From assembly GCA_041394265.1 (NCBI GenBank), contig JAWKIO010000005.1:603531-667530 (forward strand): DNA of 64,000 nucleotides. The letters run 5' to 3'. This stretch comes from Acidimicrobiales bacterium. GTDB lineage: Bacteria > Actinomycetota > Acidimicrobiia > Acidimicrobiales > SZUA-35. A model generated the notes under the pieces. It saw nothing but the letters and a program-made list of their open reading frames with translations. It was not told the DNA's origin and made no database searches. Of this stretch, positions 1 through 7,929 are shown one piece after another. The position numbers and the translations under genes are program-made. Position 1 is the first letter of the stretch. The number at the start of each line of letters is the position of its first letter.

Positions 1-341
1 GGCAGCGCCCAGATCACGACCACCAAGGCGATGGCACCGACCGTGACACCCGCCGAAGCGGCGTCGCGTCGCAGACGCAGCCAGGCCCGGGCCAACACGA
101 TCAGGCCGGCGTAGAAGATGACCAGAGCGACCACGACGTCGACCGACGGCCGCACGGGCACGGTCGGCACCGACCACCAGCGCCCACCGCCGAGGTGGGT
201 GGAGGCGCCCGACAGTGCACCGCCGACGACCAGGGTCAGGGTGCCGATGAATCCCAGCACCGTCGCTGGCAGAAGGGGATGCAGTCGCCGGGAGTCGATG
301 CCACGAAGTGTAGGGATCCAACCTGGCCACGCCGTGGACAC
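1..341 (-). CDS. 5' part of a membrane glycosyltransferase, probably MptB-like alpha-1,6-mannosyltransferase (runs off the window; start uncertain)
   Basis: Manual translation gives hydrophobic helices (...VLGFIGTLTLVVGGALSG...FYAGLIVLARAWLRLRR...LVVVIWALP), resembling the MptB N-terminus before the W-x-x-P motif. Not in the ORF track because it is truncated. Confidence 0.5.
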   Translation of the reverse strand, partial: MSTAWPGWIPTLRGIDSRRLHPLLPATVLGFIGTLTLVVGGALSGASTHLGGGRWWSVPTVPVRPSVDVVVALVIFYAGLIVLARAWLRLRRDAASAGVTVGAIALVVVIWAL

Positions 342-360
342 TCGACCAACACCTCGGGTT

Positions 361-410
361 GATCTTTTTTCTTGCTTTCTACGTTTATTTACGTTTAACT
401 TCTCTTCATT
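361..410. promoter_or_regulatory. AT-rich divergent promoter region with direct repeat TACGTTTA x2 (380-387, 390-397)
   Basis: 14 of 50 bases are G/C in a high-GC window. The 8-mer repeats at a 10-bp period between two divergent genes. Confidence 0.55.
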
Positions 411-456
411 CCACCGGTGGGCGACCGCTCACCTTCAACAGAAAGCGAACCCAGCC

Positions 457-951
457 ATGACCATCCTCGGTGCTCAACTCGACGACCTCAGCCGACTCAG
501 CCAGCGGCTCACCACAACGGCCGGCGACGTCGGCGGATCGCGCGACGGCGCGATTCGCACCACGACCCAGGTGGTCACTGGGGTGCAGGAGGCGGCGCAG
601 GCCGCGCTCGAACAGATCATGACCCACATGGACCAGCTCGGTCAGTCGGTGGCGGCCTCGGTCGCCGAGGCGGGCGCGACGAATTGGACCGGCAGCAACG
701 CCGATCGGTTCCGCGACGGGGCCACCACCTTCCAGCGGTCCATGCAGGCGGCGCAGAACACCACCACCGACGTGTTCAGCCAGTTCCGTGCCACCATCGC
801 CTCACTGTCGGACACCCTCGACTCCTACGCGGCCGCCCTCGGCACCCAGTTGAGCGATGCCGAGCAGTCGGTGCAGCAGATGTCGCAAGCGGTGGATCAC
901 CAGCGCTCGAACCTCGACTCGGTGATGAACACCGGGCTCGCGTTCAGCTGA
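457..951 (+). CDS. WXG100-like (ESAT-6-like) type VII secretion substrate, elongated (164 aa)
   Basis: ATG at 457. Helical A/Q/T-rich sequence with a central NWTGSNA (W-x-G at aa 77-79). Lies next to an FtsK/EccC-like ATPase gene. Confidence 0.75.
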   Translation: MTILGAQLDDLSRLSQRLTTTAGDVGGSRDGAIRTTTQVVTGVQEAAQAALEQIMTHMDQLGQSVAASVAEAGATNWTGSNADRFRDGATTFQRSMQAAQNTTTDVFSQFRATIASLSDTLDSYAAALGTQLSDAEQSVQQMSQAVDHQRSNLDSVMNTGLAFS

Positions 952-952
952 C

Positions 953-1321
953 ATGCCGAGCGCATCCGATTTCGACGCGGCGGCGACTGCCCTGACGAAG
1001 GCCGCCGCCGAGCTGACGGAGTGGATGGTCGGGACCCGAGACCGTTTCGGACCCGACACCATCTCGGGTGGTGCGCTCACGCAGGTGTGCCATCAGGCGG
1101 TCGACGAGGCGGAGCAACTCGCGACGTCGACCGCCGAGGCGCTGCGCTCCCAAGCGGCCCTCTGCCGCCAACGGGCGGCCGCCGTGCGGAGCTACGAGGC
1201 GGCGCTCGGCAGCTACCAGGCCGCGATGAACGACTGGCGGGACACCGTCAACGACCTTCCCTCCGGCGTCGCAGCACCCGCCATGCCGATCCGTCCGGCC
1301 AAACCCGGCTTCGCCCCCTGA
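953..1321 (+). CDS. Small helical protein, putative WXG100-like partner/adaptor (122 aa)
   Basis: Starts 1 bp after the WXG gene stop. Two Ala-rich helices around a TISGG turn, with a Pro-rich tail. Confidence 0.6.
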   Translation: MPSASDFDAAATALTKAAAELTEWMVGTRDRFGPDTISGGALTQVCHQAVDEAEQLATSTAEALRSQAALCRQRAAAVRSYEAALGSYQAAMNDWRDTVNDLPSGVAAPAMPIRPAKPGFAP

Positions 1322-1350
1322 CCACCCGTCTTCCCACCGAGAGGAAGCCA

Positions 1351-2331
1351 ATGACCGACTACCTGTACATCGACACGACCAGAGCACGCACCGCCGCGCA
1401 AGCGTTGCGAGCCGTCTCGGCCGCGGGCGTCGACCACGCGTCGACCATCGCCCGGGCCTGCCGACTCGCCGATCTCGCGAACGACTCGGGAGGCAGACTC
1501 ACCGACGTCGCCGAGGCGCTCGCCGAGCTGGCCACCGTGCTCGAGGAGCGTTCCGATGCCGCCGACTGCAGTGGGCTGCTCCCCTACCAATCTCGCAGCA
1601 TGGCGTTGGGTGACCTCACCATGTTGCTCTACGGCGCCACGCCGCCGACGCCCGGCGAACTGTTCCCGGTGATCGGCCCTCCGACCAATCGGCCCACCTT
1701 CGCCGGCGCCGTCGGCAACGGTTCGGGCTCCATCGGCGGCATCGAGCCCGCCCAGTCCGACCGGCGTCTGACGCCGATCATCCCCTGGTTCGACGATGTC
1801 CTGGATGATCCGTTCCTGTCACCGTCGACGTGGTCCGACATCGCCCTCGAACCGTGGAGAATGGTGGCCGATGGCGTCGCCGACGCGCTGCCATCGATCG
1901 ATCGGGATGACATCGACCTCTTCATCGAGCGAGTGCAGGCCGCCACCGACGTCGAGCGAATGATGCGAGGCGAAACACTGCCCGGCGGCATCCCGGTCAT
2001 CGCGGCCGAGGTCTTGGCCCAGTACGGCATCCTCAGCGTCGGCATCCTGGGCGGCGGGCTGTCGTACACCCGGGCGGGCGACGGCGAGCTGCGACTCGGC
2101 CTATCGGTCCCGCTGAACCCGCCTACCTCCTATCTGCCCTACGCCACGTTCACGCCGACCAACGAGGTGCCCGAAGACGGCGTGAGCCTCCAGATCATGG
2201 CGTGCGATTGGGTGTGCGGCGGCGGCAACATCGACGAGAACGGCAAGGTCAGCACGGTCATCGGCGCCGGACCGCTCGGGCTCGACGTGAGCCTCAGCGA
2301 CACCCGTTGGTGGAAGCCGTTCGGGGACTGA
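1351..2331 (+). CDS. Putative T7SS effector: helical N-terminus plus unknown Gly-rich C-terminal domain (326 aa)
   Basis: RBS gagga before ATG 1351. N-terminus YLYIDTTRARTAAQALR resembles WXG/LXG-type starts. Third gene of the operon. Confidence 0.55.
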   Translation: MTDYLYIDTTRARTAAQALRAVSAAGVDHASTIARACRLADLANDSGGRLTDVAEALAELATVLEERSDAADCSGLLPYQSRSMALGDLTMLLYGATPPTPGELFPVIGPPTNRPTFAGAVGNGSGSIGGIEPAQSDRRLTPIIPWFDDVLDDPFLSPSTWSDIALEPWRMVADGVADALPSIDRDDIDLFIERVQAATDVERMMRGETLPGGIPVIAAEVLAQYGILSVGILGGGLSYTRAGDGELRLGLSVPLNPPTSYLPYATFTPTNEVPEDGVSLQIMACDWVCGGGNIDENGKVSTVIGAGPLGLDVSLSDTRWWKPFGD

Positions 2332-2337
2332 ACGATG

Positions 2338-5300
2338 TCAGGCAACCTCGGCCATGGCAACGTGCAACACGGTGGCACGGCCCCGATCCAGCAGAATCGA
2401 GCGTCCGGTCGGGTGCTGACTCAGATCGGGAACGACGAGCCGCACCGCTTCGGCGTCGAGGCGGCTGGGGTTGAGCAGCAGCACGGTGGCGTCGGCCAGC
2501 ATCGGCGCCAACCACCCGCCGAAGGTTCGAGCTGTCGACGTCGAGGCAGCGACGACGACGGGGCGACCAGCCCGATCCGCCAACTCCAGCCGACGACGAA
2601 CCTCGTCGTCGGCAAGGCGGTCGCCGTCATCGATGACCTCGACGTCGCTCGCCGCACCGAGCCGGTCGAGACCGGCGACGAGCGTGGCCAACGTGGTGGT
2701 GCGACCGCCGCCGGGACGACCGAGCACAATGAGGCGGCGGCCGGCGGCGAGCCGGACGGTCACGGGCTCGAGATCTTCGTCGAAACCGATCGGCACCGAC
2801 CAGCCCTGCTGGTCACCGCTGCCGACAGGGAGACCATCGAGTGGCATCTGCTCGGCCAACACCCGCACCGGCTCCGGCAGCGTCGTCGGCTTCGACCAGG
2901 CGGCCAACCGGGCCAGCGCATGGTCGGAGAGATCGACGACGACACCGGGAAGGCCGGCATCGGCATCGAACACCGCCGCACCTGGGCCCGGCAAGTTCGA
3001 GTGATGGACGTCGAGCGCCAAACCCGAACTGGCGTCGCCCAGGCGATGCACGAGTCGACGGCGGATCGAGCCCAGCACCCGCGACGGCAGCTCACGATCC
3101 GATGTCACCCCGATCACGGGCACGATCGCACCATCGGCGAATGCGCGCGCCAGATGCAGCGGAGCATCCGGACCAACCACGTCGCTCAGTGTGTCGACGA
3201 CGGGACCCCAGCGGTTGACGACCACCACCAAGGCCGGCGAACCATCACTCGAGCCGCACCGCCGTCGTCGATCGATGACCACGAGGGCTCTCGACAATCG
3301 ATCCGCGTCGCGATGGTGGACCACGTCGGCGACCGACCCGAGCACACCGAGCCGGTCGACCAGACCACCGGAACCGTCGAGGATCAACACCTCGGTGTCG
3401 GGAGCGTCGAGGGCCATCGAGCCGACGATCGTGGCGATGGTGGCCGCCAGGCGGGCTGGATCGGCAGCGGCGACGACCACGCCACCATCAGCCGGCGACC
3501 AGGCGATCGGTAGTTGCAGCCGTCGATCGGCATCGTCGAGCACTCCGAGGACTGCTCGGCCGCCGGGGGTCGAGCGCTGACGATCGGACGCATCGCCGAT
3601 GACCCACAGCCGCTCGGCGGGAATCGACGGTGGCAGCGGTGGAAGCCATGGCGCTCGTGCCCGCTCGGGGTGACACCGACCAATCATGTCGATGATCTGC
3701 GAAGGCCACGATGTTGCGCCCGTCGGCCCGACCGATGGCTCGAGGGTGAACGGCCGGGCCGTCATCAGCTCGGCGCCCGCCAGATACCCGACTTGCGCCA
3801 AGCGATGCTGCTCGCCCCCGACCGTCACGATCGCCCGACCCGGCAGCGGCGGGAGGTTGGCGGCATCGGGCCGGTCGATCACATCGACGCTGTCGGCCGC
3901 CTCGCGCACTCGGAGGCAGATGCGCAGGTTCGTGTTGGCCCGGATCTCGCTCGTGACGACGCCCGCCGGGCGCTGTGTCGCGAGGACGAGGTGCACCCCG
4001 AGCGAGCGGCCCCGACGGGCCACGTCGACCAGGCCGTCGAGGAACTCGGGAAGCTCCTCGGCCAGCGCCGCAAACTCGTCTACCACGATCATCAGGCGCG
4101 GCGGCGACGTGCCGCGCTCGAGCATCGACAGATCGCTCGCACCGTGCTGGCGAAGGACCACCTCGCGATACTTCAACTCGGCTCGTAGGCTCCGAAGCGC
4201 TCGGGTGGCATGGGCAGGCTCGAGATCTGTCACGAGCGCCGCCACATGGGGCAGCGGTGCGACGACATCGAACGCACCACCGCCCTTGAAGTCGACGAGC
4301 ACGAAGGCAAGATCGTCCGGCGACTGCTGCAACGCAGCGGCGAGCACCAGGGAGCGCAACAGCTCGGACTTGCCCGAGCCGGTGGTGCCGGCCACCAGCG
4401 CGTGGGGCCCATCGCACACGACGTCGACCACCAATGGACCGTCGGAGCTCATACCGAGCGGGATCCGGAGCTGGTCGGGGCGAGCCCGGTCCCAAGAGGC
4501 CCGCAGTTCCTCCTCTCCCGTCGAACCGGTACCGAGCGGACACAGGCGAGCGAGGGGTACGGCGTCGGGCAAGGGCGCCGACCGTTCCTCGACTTCGGGG
4601 TCGGCGAACGGAGCGAGGAAGCGGGCGAAGGTCTCGGCTTCGTTCGCCGCGAGCCGCCATGTCCACCCGGCAACGGCGCCATCGAGCGAACGGACGTAGC
4701 CGTCGGCGGTCACCTCGAGCACCTGCTCGCAGACGGCGGGAACGTCGTGCACCGCACCGAGCCAGAGCACTCGGGCGGCCGCCATCTGACCGCTGAGAAG
4801 CCGGGCGAAGGCGCCGGGGCCCGATGGTGTCGGACCGTCGGCGATGACCAGTTGGGTGGCGGCTGCCTCGGCCATGCGGGCAGCGACCGCGTTGGCGCCC
4901 GCATGCTCGACTTCGACCGTGGCGAAGCCGGGCAGCCAGCGGGCCCATTCCCAGTCCGCTCGACGGTCGGGTGTCGTGATGATCGTGCACTCCAGATCGG
5001 CCGGGCCGTGGCGATAGGCAGTCTCGATGCCGATCCAGCGCGCCAGGGCGAGCACTTCGGCCCGATCGCCGGTGACGGCCAACCCGCGCTCGATGTCGAC
5101 AACGAGCGGCACGTCGTCGAGTCCGATCGCCGGACCATCGGGGATCACGAGTCCGCCCCGCCCGACAGCGACCGGGAGGCACACCCCGGTGGCCAACCGC
5201 CGAGTCCACGGCCGCAGGGTCACTGACTCGACCAGCCGATCGATCTCTCCCGGGCTGAAGACCAGGCGCTCCAACCACTCGGCGACCGCGTGACCCCACG

Positions 5301-5850
5301 CCGCTTCGTTCGCTCGACACGCCAGCTCGTACTCACGCCACTCCTCGGCGTGACGGCGCTCGGCTCGGGTCCGGGTCAGCCGCGGCCCCAGCGCCCGGAA
5401 CAGTGGGATCGCTGCCGATGCGGCACCCAGTAGCGCAAAGGTCGGCGACCACAGCGTGGCCATCAGGGCGCTGACCATCAGCATGGGGATCACCGTCGCA
5501 TACGGGATCGCCGGTAGCGGGTCCAGCGGTTGCGGATGCTCGGGCGGCGATGGCCGCTCGGGCCGAGGCGCTGCCCCGTGCGGCGGCCGGATCACCGAGA
5601 TTCGGCCCTCTCGGTCGGGGCGCCAGCCAGCTTGCAGGTGCGCGCTGGACGGCACGGCCTGCTCGGCCTCGCCGGCGAACACCATCGCTCGATGCAGCCC
5701 GATGTCGGCCAGCGAGATCGACCCGTGTGACTCGGCCACCCGGAGGCCCAGCGCCGATCGGAGATCGGCCAGGGTGTGTCGGCTCAGGTCGGTGCCCAGC
5801 TCGACACTGAACGATGCAGATCCCCGGCCGTCCTCGACGATGAACTCCAT
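2338..5850 (-). CDS. eccC: FtsK/SpoIIIE-family EccC/EssC-like type VII secretion ATPase (1170 aa)
   Basis: Two TM helices. Domain 1 has GPHALVAGTTGSGKS and IVVDEFA plus GRSLGVHLVLATQRP. Second and third ATPase domains are degenerate (GRPGGGRTT). Confidence 0.85.
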   Translation of the reverse strand: MEFIVEDGRGSASFSVELGTDLSRHTLADLRSALGLRVAESHGSISLADIGLHRAMVFAGEAEQAVPSSAHLQAGWRPDREGRISVIRPPHGAAPRPERPSPPEHPQPLDPLPAIPYATVIPMLMVSALMATLWSPTFALLGAASAAIPLFRALGPRLTRTRAERRHAEEWREYELACRANEAAWGHAVAEWLERLVFSPGEIDRLVESVTLRPWTRRLATGVCLPVAVGRGGLVIPDGPAIGLDDVPLVVDIERGLAVTGDRAEVLALARWIGIETAYRHGPADLECTIITTPDRRADWEWARWLPGFATVEVEHAGANAVAARMAEAAATQLVIADGPTPSGPGAFARLLSGQMAAARVLWLGAVHDVPAVCEQVLEVTADGYVRSLDGAVAGWTWRLAANEAETFARFLAPFADPEVEERSAPLPDAVPLARLCPLGTGSTGEEELRASWDRARPDQLRIPLGMSSDGPLVVDVVCDGPHALVAGTTGSGKSELLRSLVLAAALQQSPDDLAFVLVDFKGGGAFDVVAPLPHVAALVTDLEPAHATRALRSLRAELKYREVVLRQHGASDLSMLERGTSPPRLMIVVDEFAALAEELPEFLDGLVDVARRGRSLGVHLVLATQRPAGVVTSEIRANTNLRICLRVREAADSVDVIDRPDAANLPPLPGRAIVTVGGEQHRLAQVGYLAGAELMTARPFTLEPSVGPTGATSWPSQIIDMIGRCHPERARAPWLPPLPPSIPAERLWVIGDASDRQRSTPGGRAVLGVLDDADRRLQLPIAWSPADGGVVVAAADPARLAATIATIVGSMALDAPDTEVLILDGSGGLVDRLGVLGSVADVVHHRDADRLSRALVVIDRRRRCGSSDGSPALVVVVNRWGPVVDTLSDVVGPDAPLHLARAFADGAIVPVIGVTSDRELPSRVLGSIRRRLVHRLGDASSGLALDVHHSNLPGPGAAVFDADAGLPGVVVDLSDHALARLAAWSKPTTLPEPVRVLAEQMPLDGLPVGSGDQQGWSVPIGFDEDLEPVTVRLAAGRRLIVLGRPGGGRTTTLATLVAGLDRLGAASDVEVIDDGDRLADDEVRRRLELADRAGRPVVVAASTSTARTFGGWLAPMLADATVLLLNPSRLDAEAVRLVVPDLSQHPTGRSILLDRGRATVLHVAMAEVA

Positions 5851-5908
5851 CGCCTCGAACGTACCGACGCAAACGGCAGTGGTCGGTGGGGACCGCTCCC
5901 CACCGGTG

Positions 5909-7096
5909 TCACCAGGTGGTCATGCTCGAGACGTCGTCGACCGTTTCGGCGATTCGATCGAGGATGGTGTCGATGATCGGGATCGAGGTGGCGAAATTCA
6001 GCCGGGCGAACCCGGTGCCGTGCCGTCCGAAGTCGGGGCCCGGTGACAGTGCGACCTTGCCCCGTTCGAACAGTACGGCCGACGGATCGGGACCGAGTCC
6101 GGCCTGGCGGAAGTCGAGCCACCCGAGATACGTGGCTTCCGGAAGATGCCACGACACCCCCGGGAGATCGTTGGCGATCCGCCGGGCGACATGGTCTCGT
6201 ACGGTCGTGAGGTGCGAGCGAACCGCATCGAGATACGGCCGGCCTTCGTTCCAGACCGCCAGCGTGGCCGCCGTGCCCAAGACGTTGACGCCACCGAGGA
6301 GGTGGGTGGGAAGTGAGGCGTACGCCGCTTCGACGCCGGGGTGACCGAGGTGGGCGATGGCGCAGCGGAGACCGGCGAGATTGAACGACTTCGAGGCGCT
6401 GCCGACGGTGACGGTGCGATTGGCGGCCGTCTCGGAGATCAGCGGGAAGGCGAGATGATCCTTGCCGGGGTGGGTGAGGCCCGACCACACCTCGTCGGCG
6501 ATCACGAGGAGGTCGTGACGCTCGGCGACCTCGGCGATGGCCTCGAGCTCGCTTCGATCGAAGATCCGACCGGTCGGGTTGTGCGGGTTGCACATGAGGA
6601 TCGCCTTGGTGCCCTCGTCGATGACGGACTCGAGCCGTTCGGCGTCGAGCCGCCAACCGGAGGCCTCATCGAGGAGACAATCGACGACTCGACGGCCACC
6701 GCTCTCGATCCCGGCGATGAAGGGTGGGTAGATCGGGGTGAACAGCACCACACCGTCGCCCGGTTCGGTGTGCAGGTACAGCGTCATCTCGATCGCCTGG
6801 AGCACATTGGAGAAGATCTGCAGGCGTTCGGTGTCGGGACGCCAGCCGTGTTCGGCTTCGGTGAACGCTGCAAAGGCGTCGGCGAGCAACCCGTTGGCCC
6901 GCTGGCCGTAGCCGAAGTCGCCGACCTCGACGAGTCGGCGCACCGCATCGATGGCCACGGCGGGCGGTGTGATGTCGGTGTCGGCCACCCACGCCGGCCA
7001 GTGGTCGGCGCCGTCTCGGGCCCACTTCGTGCCCTGGAGCGAGCGCAGGCGCTCGAGGGAGATCTCGAGTTCGACCGTCGAGCCGCTGGTGTTCAT
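5909..7096 (-). CDS. MalY/PatB-family PLP-dependent C-S lyase / aminotransferase
   Basis: WVADTD, LMCNPHNPTGR, IADEVW, SASKSFNLAGLR and ARLNFATS motifs. Start overlaps the SDR stop. Confidence 0.9.
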   Translation of the reverse strand: MNTSGSTVELEISLERLRSLQGTKWARDGADHWPAWVADTDITPPAVAIDAVRRLVEVGDFGYGQRANGLLADAFAAFTEAEHGWRPDTERLQIFSNVLQAIEMTLYLHTEPGDGVVLFTPIYPPFIAGIESGGRRVVDCLLDEASGWRLDAERLESVIDEGTKAILMCNPHNPTGRIFDRSELEAIAEVAERHDLLVIADEVWSGLTHPGKDHLAFPLISETAANRTVTVGSASKSFNLAGLRCAIAHLGHPGVEAAYASLPTHLLGGVNVLGTAATLAVWNEGRPYLDAVRSHLTTVRDHVARRIANDLPGVSWHLPEATYLGWLDFRQAGLGPDPSAVLFERGKVALSPGPDFGRHGTGFARLNFATSIPIIDTILDRIAETVDDVSSMTTW

Positions 7097-7902
7097 TTCC
7101 AGGCCTGCCCGCCGCCGTGAACGTTGAGCTTCTCGCCGGTCACATAGGACGCCTTGTCGGACAGGAAGAACCGGACGGCGTTGGCGATGTCCTCGGGCTG
7201 GCACACACGCGAGAAGGGCATGGACGCATCGAGTGAGTGGATGTCGTCGATCCCGGCGGCGCCCTTGACGAGTCGGCGTCCCATGTCGGTCTCGACCAGG
7301 CCCGGTGCCACGATGTTGACGTGCACCCCGTATGGACGCTCCTCCTTGGCCAGTACCCAGGCGAGCGACTCCAGAGCGGCCTTGCCCATCGAGTACGGAG
7401 CTCCGTTGGCCGCATGGCCGAGGGTGGCGACCGACGAGATGACCACGACATCGCCTCGGCCACGGGTGGCGGCGGCCTCTCGGAGGTGAGGGACGGCGAG
7501 CGAGCAGAGGTGGTGAGGACCGAGGGCATGGGTGGCCATCACCCGCTGGAGCTCCTCGGGCGTGGTGTCGACCACGGCCAGGCCGCGGCTGGCGATCCCG
7601 CCGTTCGACACCAGGGCGTCGATGTGTCCGAACCGTTCGAGTGTGGCGGCGATGGTGTGCTCGTTGTCTTCGGTCTTCGACACGTCGGCGGCGACGGCGA
7701 GTCCCTGGCGGCCCATCGACTCGATCTCGGCGACAGCCTCATTCGCCGCGTCGGCGTCTCGACGGTAGGTGACGACGACGTCGAAACCGTCGGCTGCGAG
7801 ACCGACGGCGATACCACGGCCGATTCCTCGACCGCCCCCGGTGACGATGGCGACCGGGGCGTCGTTGCCACCTGCGGACGTCGGCTGTTCAGAATCGGAC
7901 AT
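7093..7902 (-). CDS. SDR family oxidoreductase (FabG-like)
   Basis: TGGGRGIG, YSMGK (YxxxK) and VNIVAPG motifs. Confidence 0.92.
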   Translation of the reverse strand: MSDSEQPTSAGGNDAPVAIVTGGGRGIGRGIAVGLAADGFDVVVTYRRDADAANEAVAEIESMGRQGLAVAADVSKTEDNEHTIAATLERFGHIDALVSNGGIASRGLAVVDTTPEELQRVMATHALGPHHLCSLAVPHLREAAATRGRGDVVVISSVATLGHAANGAPYSMGKAALESLAWVLAKEERPYGVHVNIVAPGLVETDMGRRLVKGAAGIDDIHSLDASMPFSRVCQPEDIANAVRFFLSDKASYVTGEKLNVHGGGQAWK

Positions 7903-7929
7903 GTGCTCGCTCCTCGGGTCGGCGCGAGG

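Noticed and set aside
118-456. N-terminal extension of the WXG protein
   Set aside because: It overlaps the opposite-strand membrane gene and the AT-rich promoter. ATG 457 gives a coherent protein.
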